Assembly (NCBI RefSeq): GCF_006345805.1
Contig: NW_021835367.1
Span: 1-53,318, forward strand
Reading direction: 5' to 3'
Source of the DNA: Octopus sinensis
Taxonomy: Eukaryota
Length of the DNA stretch: 53,318 nucleotides
This document shows, in pieces, positions 25,648-38,323 of this stretch. The position numbers were made by a program, and so were the translations under genes. Within the stretch, counting starts at the first letter, position 1, and each line of letters starts with the position of its first letter. The notes under the pieces are model-generated. The model saw only the letters and a list, made by a program, of their open reading frames with translations. It had not been told where the DNA came from and ran no database searches.

Positions 25648-25838
25648 ATAAACTACGAAACAAATGGTAGTCTGAAGGAGCAAGGTTGGGAGGATAAGGT
25701 GGATGAGGAATTTTTTCCCAACCAAGCTCTTCCATCTTCTGTGATGTGATCTTTGCAGTGTGGGGTCGCGCATTTTCCTGATGAAACATCATTCCTTCTC
25801 GATTCACTAAAGCGGGTCTTTGTTTCTTCAAAACTAAA
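25648..25838 (-). pseudogene. Mariner transposase fragment (catalytic region)
   Basis: MFHQENARPHTAKITSQKMEELGWEKIPHPPYPPNLAPSDYHLFRSL, closely similar to 43940-44100. Confidence 0.9.
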
Positions 25839-25949
25839 CAACATTACACAATTAAAAGTACAACCTATGCATAAGGAAAATGAGTGCACGATTACAGGAG
25901 GAAGAAGAAAGACGACCTCTAATAGTAACTTACGGAAAGAAAGGAAAAA

Positions 25950-26390
25950 AATATATCATGTGTAACTGCAGACGTAAAGAGGAATGCAGATTTAACAACA
26001 AATGCATGATAAGGAACGTAGTGTTCAAATGTGAGGTGAAGACAGATACGCAAAAATACGTGTATATTGGTGGCACCTAGAGACACCATGAAAAATCATC
26101 TGCGAAACCATCTCTCATCATTTTCGGATATAAATAAAAGACACTCAACATCTCTATCGAACCTCGTCTGGAGATTAAAACAGAATGGAGTGAAACATAC
26201 GACCAACTGGTCCATTATGAAAAATGCTGCACCATATAACGGAACACCACAGATATGAAACCTATGACTTGACGAAACCCTGGGAATTATCACAACCCCA
26301 GGGAAAACGTGATAAATAGGCACTCTGAGATGATCATATCATGTAAACATAGGAACAAAACATCATTCATGGAGTTTGAAAAACTATTTT
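25950..26390 (+). pseudogene. Penelope-like element GIY-YIG endonuclease region, frameshifted
   Basis: CNCRRKEEC..NKC..NVVFKCEV...YIGGT, then NHLSSF..STSLSNLVWRLK..NWSIMKNAAPYNG, then decayed C-x-L-C and INRHSE..CKHRNK; this motif order matches PLE endonucleases. Confidence 0.85.
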
Positions 26391-27195
26391 AAAAACGAAA
26401 TAACGTATTATAGAAAAGCAAAGGACTCCAAACAAGTAAATAAGCCAACCAATATTTGAGATGCTATACACTATACAATGAAGAGGTCACCATCAGAAAG
26501 TAACATTTGTCAATTCATTCAACAAACCCCACTGTATAGCAGCAGTACTTGGCCACCTGTTCAGCTCAGAATTAATTGAAGATAGTCATGCCTTAAATGA
26601 AATCAAACAAAAGAGTGTACCTCTGTGTGAAAAGTTTGGCAGCATCCGAAAAAATATATATTATGAAACAAAAATAAACACAAAATTTATTACACGAATC
26701 TGCTACCACCACAACAGTCAACTATTTGACGCCGAACACGAGTTTGATGTTGAATACATCCACGAATTTTCCGCTCAGATAGCTCTTCCCAAGACTGCAA
26801 GACGGCTTCGTACAATTCATGCCTCGTTGTAGGGTTTTTCAGTTCAACTTTATTGGCCAAAACTTTGAAAATACCTTCATCTAATGGATTCCACGTGTAA
26901 ACATGTATTGAATAGAACTCACTGAATAAATCTTAATTAACTGTGTTTTCAATTGTATGCACCTGTCATATGCTAACGTGTATGCAGCCAGACTTTTCAC
27001 ACAGAGGATACTTTCCATCTTAATATCTGCTGAATGAATAGCAAAATATGTCCAACACCACCACACCTCCACCGCCAAATAACTACTCTCTCTTCCTCTA
27101 ATCCCATTATCTTATACTCCTCCTTACCAAATACATAACTTGTTTGACCTTCAGACTAGTAAAAAAGGAAAAACATCCCTCGGTGGTTCATCCAC

Positions 27196-27344
27196 TAATG
27201 TTATATCGCCTGAAGAAATGAATCAGTGACGATGATCACGCGGATGCCCACGGATATTACGGACTACACTGTAATCATCTCAAAAATACGGAGTGTGATC
27301 TTAAAAGTCATGTGACTTGTGGAAACGTGCGTAGCGATGCATTA
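27196..27344 (+). ncRNA. Type I hammerhead-like motif with about 105-nt insertion in stem II
   Basis: ATCGC-CTGAAGA...GAAAC-GTGC-GTA/GCGAT, distal TAATG/CATTA; the base of stem II does not pair. Confidence 0.5.
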
Positions 27345-27398
27345 TATGTTTATAAATTCCATCCTAGGATTATTAGGTGTGTGTGTGTGTGTGAGAAA

Positions 27399-27430
<32 letters not shown>

Positions 27431-27434
27431 AGAG

Positions 27435-27466
<32 letters not shown>

Positions 27467-27503
27467 CCTGTCTGTATACCTGTCTGCCTGTCTATCTATC
27501 TAC

Positions 27504-27553
<50 letters not shown>

Positions 27554-27647
27554 GCCTGTCTGCCTGCCCGTCTGTCTGTCTATCTATCTATCTTTCTATC
27601 TATCTTTCTATTTATCTATTTATATATTATTATCATATATATGTGTA

Positions 27648-27717
<70 letters not shown>

Positions 27718-27855
27718 GATATCTACCTATCTATCTATTCATATTTATGCATATATACATATATATATATGTGTGTGTGTGTGTGGTGTGTTTGAATACG
27801 TATGTATGTGCATATATATGTACATGTAAATACTTACACACACATGGAGACACAC

Positions 27856-27901
<46 letters not shown>

Positions 27902-28248
27902 TATGCTCACACACATATTCATGCATACATACACTATGGAAAAAGTGGGGTAGAGATGTATACACACACACACGTGGGTATTATGTGCGTGATGATATGC
28001 ATAACAATCTATGAATGTATGAAAGTCTGAGTATCGGTAATATAATTATATAACACACCCAACAGCAGGTCTGGTGTCAGCCACCCGACCTCACCACCCC
28101 TCCAGATCCCTAAGTGTACAACACCCAAATTACTTACTGACATCTCATGTCATCTCGCAGAGCAGCCTCGCGCGAAAACAAATTACTAATTTACATAGAC
28201 ACACATATGCTTTGTACGTATTATATATAATATATAATATATATATAT

Positions 28249-28282
<34 letters not shown>

Positions 28283-28339
28283 GTGTGTGTTGTGTGTGTG
28301 TGTGTGTGTGTGTGTGGTGTATTTGTATATATATATATG

Positions 28340-28374
<35 letters not shown>

Positions 28375-28629
28375 GTGTATGTATATATATGTATATATGT
28401 ATATGTATATATATGTATATATGTATATGTATATATATGTATATATGTATATGTATATATATGTATATATGTATGTATATATATGTATATATGTGTATGT
28501 GTATATATATATATGTATATATATTATATGTATATTTATACATACACGTACTTAGGCGTACATAAACACATACATAATATGCTTTTATGTAAGTGCGCGA
28601 GTGTGTGTGTGTGTATTTTGTAATATAGA

Positions 28630-28681
<52 letters not shown>

Positions 28682-28691
28682 TAATATATAT

Positions 28692-28731
<40 letters not shown>

Positions 28732-28749
28732 TGTGTGTGTATACATATA

Positions 28750-28785
<36 letters not shown>

Positions 28786-28816
28786 TGTATGTATGTATAT
28801 AGTGGCTGTGTGCATA

Positions 28817-29212
28817 GGCGCAAGAGTGGCTCGTGCGGTAAATAGCTTGCTTACCAACCACATGGTTTCGGGTTCAGTCCCACTGCGTGCCACCTTTGGC
28901 AAGTGTCTCTTTCTATAGCCTCGGGCCGACCAAAGCCTTGTGAGTAGGTTTGGTAGGCGGTAACTGAAAGAAGCCTGTCGTATATGTGTGTGTATGTGTG
29001 TGTATGTGTGTGCCTGTGATTGTCCACCCACCATCGCTTGACAACCGATGTGGGTGCGTTTACGTCCCCATAACTTAGCGGTTCGGCATAAGATACCGAT
29101 AGAATAAGTACTAGGCTTACAAAGATTTAGTTCTGGGTTCGATTTGTTCGACTAAAGGCGGTGCTCCAGCATGACCATAGTCAAATGACTGAAACAAAAG
29201 AATAAAAGAATA
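28817..29212 (+). mobile_element. tRNA-derived SINE family C (bipartite, internal microsatellite); other copies near 2556, 6016, 11597, 14290, 18918, 20642, 22440, 25510, 31558, 33099, 34005, 34217, 52021
   Basis: Head GGCGCAAGAGTGGC...GGTTCAGTCCC, core CACCTTTGGCAAGTGTC, tail CGATTTGTTCGACTAAAGGCGGTGCTCCAGCATG...GAATAAAAGAATA. Confidence 0.9.
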
Positions 29213-29484
29213 CACACACACACATATATATATATGTATATATATGTATATATATATACGTATATACACACACCACACACACAACACCACACACACACAC
29301 ACACAACACACACATATATATATATATATATCTATAATATATATATGTATATATAACGAGAAGCTTTATGAAAATAGACAAAAGACGAAGGCAGGTTTAC
29401 GGAAATAAACAAATGACGAAGGCAGGTGGAATACAAACAAACAATCGTATTAGTATGGCGCTCAGGAATATAAATAAAAACAAG

Positions 29485-29521
29485 TCTTTAACGTTTCGAG
29501 CCTACGCTCTCAACAGAAAGA
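29485..29521 (-). ncRNA. Minimal hammerhead-like motif inside a TA-flanked repeat (29356-29580)
   Basis: Minus strand TCTTT-CTGTTGA-GAGC(GTAG)GCTC-GAAACGT-T/AAAGA; core has T at conserved position A6; helix III is palindromic ACGT with no loop. Confidence 0.5.
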
Positions 29522-29588
29522 TACACAGAGAAGAAACACAGAAAGAAGGAGAGAAAAAAAATGCGTGCAGAGGGCTAGCGAATCAACG

Positions 29589-29661
<73 letters not shown>

Positions 29662-29928
29662 TATATATAAATATGTATATATGGGGGACAACTGATGAAG
29701 GGAATGTTCTTTATGTTGCCTGTCTCGTTTCTCTGTTTCTTTCGTTGTTCGAAAAAATGTTCGTTTTCTATGTTTTAGCTCTTTATGTTCTCCTTTCTCA
29801 TTTGCCTACGTTTTTTGATGTCCTGTACCCACATATGCATGCATATATACATATATTTGTAGGTATGTGTATATGCATATATTTTATATTTATGTATATT
29901 ATATTATATTATATTTATATTATATATA

Positions 29929-29991
<63 letters not shown>

Positions 29992-30467
29992 AATATTTTA
30001 CCAGGGTAGCAAAATTCACGTCAGAAACTCTGTTGAAGCAACCTGTCCAAAGGTAGAAACCCGGGCTAATGTGCAGTGATTTGTGGTGTTATAGATGAAT
30101 AAATAAATAAAGGGAGATGAATGAAGATGTTAATAAAATTCTTTTACTTTCGACATATGTTTTCGAAGACAGTTTCATTTATTTATTTATTCCTTATATA
30201 TATATATATATATATATATATCTTATACGAGTGATTGGCCAAACGAAAGCAGGGTACTCAACCAATTTATTGGGAGTTACATGTGTAGATCAAAAGAGTT
30301 TGATTCGAATTCGTTGGTGCCCTTGAGTTTCAAGCGTGATACTAGTCATTAGCCATTTTGAATTTGAATGACAGATGTTGATTGTTATTAGCGTAAAGTG
30401 GGCTACGATTGGTTGAGGAAGGTTACGTGGTGTTGTGGTTTGATGTTGGTATGTGGGTAACACATAG

Positions 30468-30848
30468 GGCAGAATCGTTAGCAGGTCGGGCGAAATGCGT
30501 AGCCGTATCTCGTCTGCCGTTACGTTCTGAGTTCAAATTCCGCCGAGGTCAACTTTGCCTTTCATCCTTTCGGGGTCGATAAATTAAGTACCAGTTACGC
30601 ACTGGATCGATGTAATCGACGGCGAGCTGGCAGAAACGTTAGCACGCCGGGCGAAATGCGTAGCCGTATTTCGTCTGTCGTTACGTTCTGAGTTCAAATT
30701 CCGCCAAGGTCGACTTTGCCTTTCATCCTTTCGGGGTCGATAAATTAAGTACCAGCTACGCACTGGGGTCGATGTAATCGACTTAATACCTATGTCTGTC
30801 CTTGTTTATCCCCTCTGTGTTTAGCCCCTTGTGGGCAATAAAGAAATA
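30468..30848 (+). mobile_element. Tandem dimer of SINE family A
   Basis: Second head at 30621; 15-bp GGTATGTGGGTAACA at 30448-30462 and 30849-30863. Confidence 0.9.
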
Positions 30849-31493
30849 GGTATGTGGGTAACATTTAGTTGGGAAATGCCATGGTGAACAGGAAATTGAC
30901 CACGTGGAGGACAAGAAATGGACCATGTGTCGATTAGGAAATCGGTCTGGTTGTTGTTTTGTTGGGGGAGACAAACACAGACACACAAATACATGCATAT
31001 ACATATCAGTATATATGCATAAATATATATATCTCTCTTTCTCTCTCTCCTGCGACCTGCTGCTTCTTAAACCATTCTGTTGGCCTTCGTATCTCGACCA
31101 ACATGTGTCCCCGCTACCGAAACGGTAATTATTTCTACGCCAGCTATGTTGTTGTTGTTGTTTTTGTCTCATTTGGTCTAAAGTCGTATGACAACCACCG
31201 TTATATATATTTTGTTTATTCATTACTGTTTTCAATTTCGTTTTCGTCTCTTGTATTCACATCCGTCTTGTGCGTTCACATTCCTGTCTTCTACCAAGAA
31301 ATCTAATGCTTACAGCTTAGTTTTTTTTCTTGGGGCTGGCCGAGTTGGAGCAAAATCAGAATTGAACAGCCGAATTTGCTATGATGATTCGGTGTCTGAC
31401 TGAAGATTGAAGGCTTCGAATGATTTGTCTGTGTTCCGTGTTCGTCCTTCCTGTATTTCACGTTCATTATATATAAAAACATACATTCTTATA

Positions 31494-31558
<65 letters not shown>

Positions 31559-33542
31559 CGACCGGGCTTCTTTTCCGTTTCCATCTACCAAATCCACTCA
31601 CAAGGCTTTGGGTGGCCCAAGGTTATAATAGAAGACAGTCACCCAAGATTCCAAGCAGTAAGACTGAACCCGGAACCATGTGGATGGGAAGCTAGCTTCT
31701 TACCACACGAACACTCCCACGCCTTACTGTATAACCTACATACAAACTACTTTAGACACATAACACTGATGTGTGTGTGCGTGTGTGTGTGTATGTATGT
31801 TTGTATGTATATATGTATGTGTGCGTGTGTGTGTATGTATGTATGTGTGTGTTGTATGTATGTGTGTGTGTGTATGTGTGTGTATATGTGTGTGTGTATG
31901 TACCTATGTATGTGTGTATGTGTGTGTATATGTGTGTATGTATGTATGTATGTATGTGTGTATGTGTGTGTGTGTATGTATGTATGTATGTATGTGTGTA
32001 TGTATGTATGTATGTATGTGCGTATGTATGTATGTATGTATGTATGTATGTATGTATGTGTGTATGTATGTATGTGTGTTAGTATGTATATCGTATGTAT
32101 GTATGTATGTATGTATGTTGTATGTTATGTATGTATGTGTGTGTGTGTGTATGTGTGTATGTATGTATGTGTGTATGTTATGTATGTATTTAATCTAGGT
32201 ATGTGTGTATGTGTGTGGTTGTTTATGTATGTATGTTTGTATGTATGTATGTATGTAGAAAGAGTGTGCTCAAAGAGTTCTGTTTGATAACATTGACAGC
32301 TAAAGATATGGGGAACTCTCAAGATGTCCAGAAATATACTCCCGAAACTCTTCTCCCCCAAACCCCCTTAAACCGATCCTCAAATTAACTGATCCCCATC
32401 TAAACCCCTTCAAATATCTTTTTAACGTAGTAAACATTGTAAGGTTCTGCTTACAGAATTCAATTAAAGTTCATCTAGGGTTTCCCAAGACAGTTTAGTC
32501 TTCTCTGTAGGGAACCCGAGTAGCCCCTTATTTCGGATCTTATAGAATTACCTATCACACATATGACCCCTTTTCAATTTACCTGCCCCCTTTAGATTAC
32601 TCAGTTTTCCTGTCAAAACTCGCATGAGTGAATTAGATGTTAAACACACACACATACACACACACTCACACACGCACGCACGCACGTGCACACACAGACA
32701 AACACACACAAGCATACACACATATATATACATGTATATACACATACATGCATACACACCTACACACATACATTCACATGTAGATGCTTATACACATGTA
32801 TATACAAACCTGTACACACACACAGACACACGTACACACACATACACGTACACAGAAACACATTCACACACATGCACAAAAACACACACACCCACATATA
32901 CAGATACGCACATGCACAAACACACCTATGCACACACACACGTACACACACACGCACTCACACACACAGCCACACACACATACAACTTAATGCTTCGAAT
33001 TTTAAATGTTGACCTGCTGAACTTCGACATATAAAATTCCAAAGCACCCCCCTTTTACAAGTGTTCAAGAGGTAACCTAAAGTTCCGAAAAGTTACGTGG
33101 ACGTAAACACACCAACATCGGTTGTCAAGCGATGTTGTGGGGACAAACACAGACACAAACACACACACACATATACATATATACATATATACGATGGGCT
33201 TCTTTCAGTTTCCGTCTACCACATCCACTCTCAAGGCTTTGGTCGGCCCGAGGCTATAGTAGAAGACACTTGCCGAAGGTGCCACGCAGTGATTTACATC
33301 CAATAGAGTATCTTTTATCTTTTACTTGTTTCAGTCATTGACTGCGGCCAGGCTGGAGCACCGCCTTGAAGAATTAAACTCAATAAAAAAATTCTCTCCA
33401 AAATTAAATGTTTGAAAGAGAAGCAGAGGAACTGCACTTTGTCAAAAGGGCTGGAAAAGGAAACAGAAAGAATATTCATTTAGCTTTCGTGTATACGAAA
33501 CCTTTGCTAACTCTATGACTAGAATTTAACTTTTAGTTTTAA

Positions 33543-33936
33543 GTAGCAGTATCGCCCGGCGTTACTCGGGTTTGTTTCGACCCTTTAGAATTGGAACTTT
33601 TGAAAAGTAAAAATTTTGCATTCTATAGCTTGTTATTCTCTTTAAGTGAACATTTTTCTGGTTGAAATACACCGAAAAATGGCGACAAAGCAGTCGAAAA
33701 ATCGTAAAAAATAGGGATTTTCATAGAAAAAAAAAGCACCTTTTTGATGTAAATAATTTTTGGTGTTAACATGACCCGATTTGAATTTTTTCTTCTACGA
33801 AAGGAAGAACAAGCCTTCTTCTATCATACTCTCAATTTTGGTCAACTTGCGCCGCAGGGTCTCGGAGGAGATAGTGTTAGTTGAAGGCTACCAAACCTGC
33901 CATACACAGACAACTTCAGCTTTATATATAGAGAGA
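33543..33936 (-). mobile_element. Non-autonomous Helitron
   Basis: Minus strand begins TC after an A, ends with hairpin CCCGAGTAACGCCGGG, 8 nt, then CTAC before a T (CTRR variant); no TSD. Confidence 0.7.
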
Positions 33937-34322
33937 TAATTACTGTTCTATTCTTTACAGTGTGCTTATTTTCTGATACATGTTTTATTGACTATGTGTG
34001 TGTGGTCACTGCTTGACAACCAGTGTTGGTGTGTTTACGTCCCCGTACCTCATCGGTTCGGCAAAAGATGTCGATAGAATAAGTACTAGGCTTAAAAAAA
34101 GATGTGTACTGGGGTTGATTCATTTGGCTTAACATTCTTCAAGGCGGTGCTCCTGCCTGGCCGGAGTCAATGACTGAAACAAGTAAAAGATAAAAGATAC
34201 TCTATTGGATGTAAATCACTGCGTAGCACCTTGGGCAAGTGTCTTCTACTATAGCCTCGGGCCGACCAAAGCCTTGTGAGTGGATTTGGTAGGCAGAAAC
34301 TAAAAGAAGCCCGTCGTATTTA

Positions 34323-34413
<91 letters not shown>

Positions 34414-34778
34414 TTTGTGTCTGTGTTTGACCCCACAACATCGCTTGAAAACCGATACTGGTGTGTTTACGTCCCCGTCACTTAGCGGCTCGGCGAAAGA
34501 GACCGATAGAATAAGTACTAGGCTTACAAAGAATAAGTCCTGGGGTCGATTTGCTCGACTAGAGGCGGTGCTCCAGCATGGCCACAGTCAAATGACTGAA
34601 ACAAGTAAAAGAGTAAAAGAGTATAAAAATACTCACGCCTTTCCCTTGGACAACACCAAAGGAAATGAAACTTGTATGGATGGGCAACTGCAGGTTTTGC
34701 ACCACCTTGCCCGGGTTTGTGCCTCAGAGGGCAATTTTGTAGGTGCAATCCTATGGTCATTCGTGACCGAAGGGGTTA

Positions 34779-35195
34779 CTCTTTTACTCTTTTACTCATT
34801 TACTTGTTTCAGTCATTTGACTGCGGCCATGCTGGAGCACCGCCTTTAGTCGAGCAAATCGACCCCGGGACTTATTTTTTGTAAGCCCAGTACTTATTCT
34901 ATCGGTCTGTTTTGCCGAACCGCTAAGTGACGGGGACGTAAACACACCAGCATCGGTTGTCAAGCAATGCTAGGGGGACAAGCACAGACACACAAACATA
35001 TACACACTCATTTATATATATATACATATATACGACAGGCTTCTTTCAATTTCCGTCTACCAAATCCACTCACAAGGCATTGGTCGACCCGGGGCTATAG
35101 CAGAAGACACTTGCCCAAGATGCCATGCAGTGGGACTGAACCCGGAACCATGTGGTTGGTTAGCAAGCTACTTACCACACAGCCACTCCTGCGCC
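34779..35195 (-). mobile_element. SINE family C, full length
   Basis: Reverse complement of the 28817 type, with head and tail both present. Confidence 0.9.
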
Positions 35196-36100
35196 TTCTT
35201 TACCTTTTTACTCTTTTTACATACAAACGCATTATGCACACTCATGATGGTAGTTCTTGTCCGAAGACCATGAGAGAAAGAGAGAAATGCCTACATGCGG
35301 AGTTGAGGCTGTGACTGCCAGTACCATTCGGTACCTGTCAGTTTCGTCTCTTCTCCATTGCTGCAGAGCATTTTTTTCCTGTTTGTACTTAGTGGTTTTA
35401 AAGTGAAAGTAGTCCATACACTCCGAACACAATTTTTATACTTGAAGGTCTGACCAGAGTGGATCTGGGCGCTAAACAGTTACAATGACCAGCAAACTGT
35501 ACGTTTCACATTGGTGTGACCTTCTCCTTACAGGGTTGGATAGATTTACCTGTCCTGGTGGTACTCTCTGTAGGATGTCAAAGAAGGCACTGAACCGCCT
35601 TATGAATTCCGCCCCTTGATTTACTGTCAATATTAACTCACCCAACATTTTCTTTTCCCAAGCGACTCACAAAACTGTGATGGTTTCTGTTTGGGGTTTC
35701 TTCCATCTCATACTAATCCACCCGCAGCCAGACTATAACAGGTTCCAATTGAGTAGACTTAGGAACAATAATGGATAAGACGTGGTTCCACACGCCTCAA
35801 AACCCTGGAACACCTACCGAACATAGACAGACATGAACACACACACACACGCACACACACACGCACACACACACACAAACTTCCATTTTCCCGAGCGTCA
35901 AACTAATACACTTGCTTGTTGTTCCTATACCTGTCTCCGTCTTTGGGCGATCCTTCGGTATAACTACACACGTAGCTTTGTTTACATTTCTGAAGATAAC
36001 AGAAACCCTTTTCTCCCACCCCTAACCCTAACCCCACCATATAAAAAAAAACACTTTCTTGAAATGTATCCGGTACTTCCAGTACTTATACCGAAGTTAC

Positions 36101-36163
<63 letters not shown>

Positions 36164-36213
36164 GTTTTGCAATCTTTCACCAAAAAGGAGAATAATAATA
36201 GTCAACTAAATGC

Positions 36214-36491
36214 GACTTGGGTGTTAGGAAACACCTACATTGCTAGAAATAGGAGCTAAAACGCTCTAACGCTGTAGTTAACGCACATGAATGAAAACAT
36301 GTACACTCTCTTAACTGACGAAGCAACGGAAATTGATGAAACTGACGTCAGTATTAAGAATTCTCGATCGCCACTTTTCGGGCGATTATGGTCCCTGTTA
36401 GTGTATGTTTTCATTCATGGGCATTAACTACAGCATTAGAGTGCTTTAGCTCTTATTTCGAGCAGTGTAGATGTTTCCTAACACCCTAGTC
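36214..36491. mobile_element. Foldback element with 92-94 bp inverted arms enclosing a decayed hammerhead motif
   Basis: Arms 36214-36307 and 36400-36491 align with about a dozen differences; CTGACGA...GAAAC-TGAC-GTC at 36315-36349. Confidence 0.8.
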
Positions 36492-36534
36492 AGACGCGCG
36501 CACACGCACACACACACACACATGCACACACACA

Positions 36535-36574
<40 letters not shown>

Positions 36575-37080
36575 AACACACACACACACACCCCTGTGTC
36601 AGGGCGGCAGTTTCACATAGAGATATATCTGGAAATGACATTGGCAGCGTCGTAGGTGTCGCCACTGTCGCCAGTGTTGTTAGCGTAGAAGGAAGAGCAG
36701 TGTCATGGGTGACACGTCACATAACTGGTGACATGACATGACGGTGAAGAGCAAGTCAAGTCGTAATGGAATGTTATGTGATATGTGGATGACAAAACAA
36801 TTGTCAGAAACTAGAAGAGTCTGCAAGCATCACACTTGTCCGACAGGTCATCAACTGCAAGCAAAACTGCCCCCGCACCCACAATTACTGCCATTACCCC
36901 CACTAGGATTGTCATCGACACCATCATCATCATCATCATCATCATTAACATAGCATCGTTAACCCCCTCCTCCTCCCTAAAAAGCCAATGCGTAGTAATG
37001 TAGATTAGACACACAGCAAATACATGTTTGAATTCGTCCGTATCAACTGGGAAGTCTGATTTTGCGCATATATATATATA

Positions 37081-37177
37081 CTTTATTTAAAGCAGCAGAG
37101 CAAAAACTATCCGACGAACGGCAACGGGAAACTCAGAGTAACAGGTTTTGTTGAATTTTCTGCTGCTTTAAATAAAG
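37081..37177 (+). ncRNA. Variant hammerhead motif (CCGACGA core) closed by a perfect 19-bp inverted repeat
   Basis: CAAAAACTAT-CCGACGA-ACGGCAACGG-GAA-ACT(CAG)AGT-A/ACAGGTTTTG; arms 37081-37099 and 37159-37177. Confidence 0.55.
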
Positions 37178-37245
37178 CATATTACTCTACCACTGGTATT
37201 TGAGTACTCTTTTTTCCACCTTGTTTCGCATTTATGTGTTTACTC

Positions 37246-37280
<35 letters not shown>

Positions 37281-37789
37281 TAATCCAAACAAGAAAGCAC
37301 AAAAAACACAACAACGCGAGGACGTGGAACAAATATAGTATTATTGGACGCTCAGGAATATATTCTTCAGGAGCAAACCACTATCATAACGAACTAAATA
37401 ATCTGAATAATAGAAGAAACTTTTAAAAAAAACTGAGGAGGCAGCATATAGAAAACAGACAGTAAACAACGAAAAACGGAAAGCTAAAGATGGAAACTGT
37501 AAAAAAAAGTAAAATAAAAGTTAAAAGAGCTATCCTCCTTAGAGCTTAAATGATAAGGCTGGAAACATATCATAGAGTCTATGTAGTACCTTATAATAGC
37601 GTCAGATGGGGTAAGTGTTACGTATTCAGTACGAATACGGACCCCGAAAGCGTGGCCCGTCGATCCTTTCCGTTACAACAACAACAACAACAACAATAAT
37701 AGCAATAGCAATAGCAACAAGAGCAAGAACACCAACACTTTTAGGGCTGCTGGAAGGGAGTAAGCCTTGGGCTACAAAAACAATAACAA

Positions 37790-37910
37790 CAGAGCTCCAG
37801 TACTATGGACATGTGGTTAGCATATCACAAAGAAAGAATCGTGAGAAGGATTCTTCAAGCCGAACCAACTTCCAGGAGACATGAGGACAGAGCAAGTTGG
37901 GGATCCAGCT
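37790..37910 (+). pseudogene. Probable C-terminal fragment of a LINE ORF2 (RTE-like)
   Basis: LQYYGHVV then ERIVRRILQAEPTSRR across a frameshift, resembling the RLRWFGHV...RGRP tail motif. Confidence 0.45.
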
Positions 37911-38323
37911 GGAAAGTCTGGTGGCGGTTGCTTCTGATAGGATACAATGGACCCTACTCTCACAACCCTTCCAGGAATAGTGGATGGATGGATAGATGGA
38001 TGGATGAATGGACGGATGGAAAACCAGTTGTTATTGTTCTTGAGAAATGGAACGTTAAATGAGATCAGGCGTAATTCGAACCAAAAAGTCGTAGACAACA
38101 AAGTGGTATTAATTCCGTCTAATTCAGTGTCTAACGAAAATATTTAGATTTTAATTTTTTGCAATGAACGGAACTATGGTATGGAAACATGCCATACATT
38201 CCAGCGATTAGTTTATTTTAAAAATATTATGTTTGTGTTTAAAATTCAAACACTTTAATGTAAACGGTCAGATTGCTTCGTCAGTATTTCATATCCGTGA
38301 TTTTGCACAGGGTGATTAAAATA

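Noticed and set aside
29692-29760. CTGATGAAGGG hammerhead-like start
   Set aside because: No matching stem II, GAAAC or cleavage triplet downstream
30140-30175. Minus-strand sequence resembling the minimal hammerhead at 29485
   Set aside because: Core too degenerate (no CUGANGA, no GAAAC) to support a call
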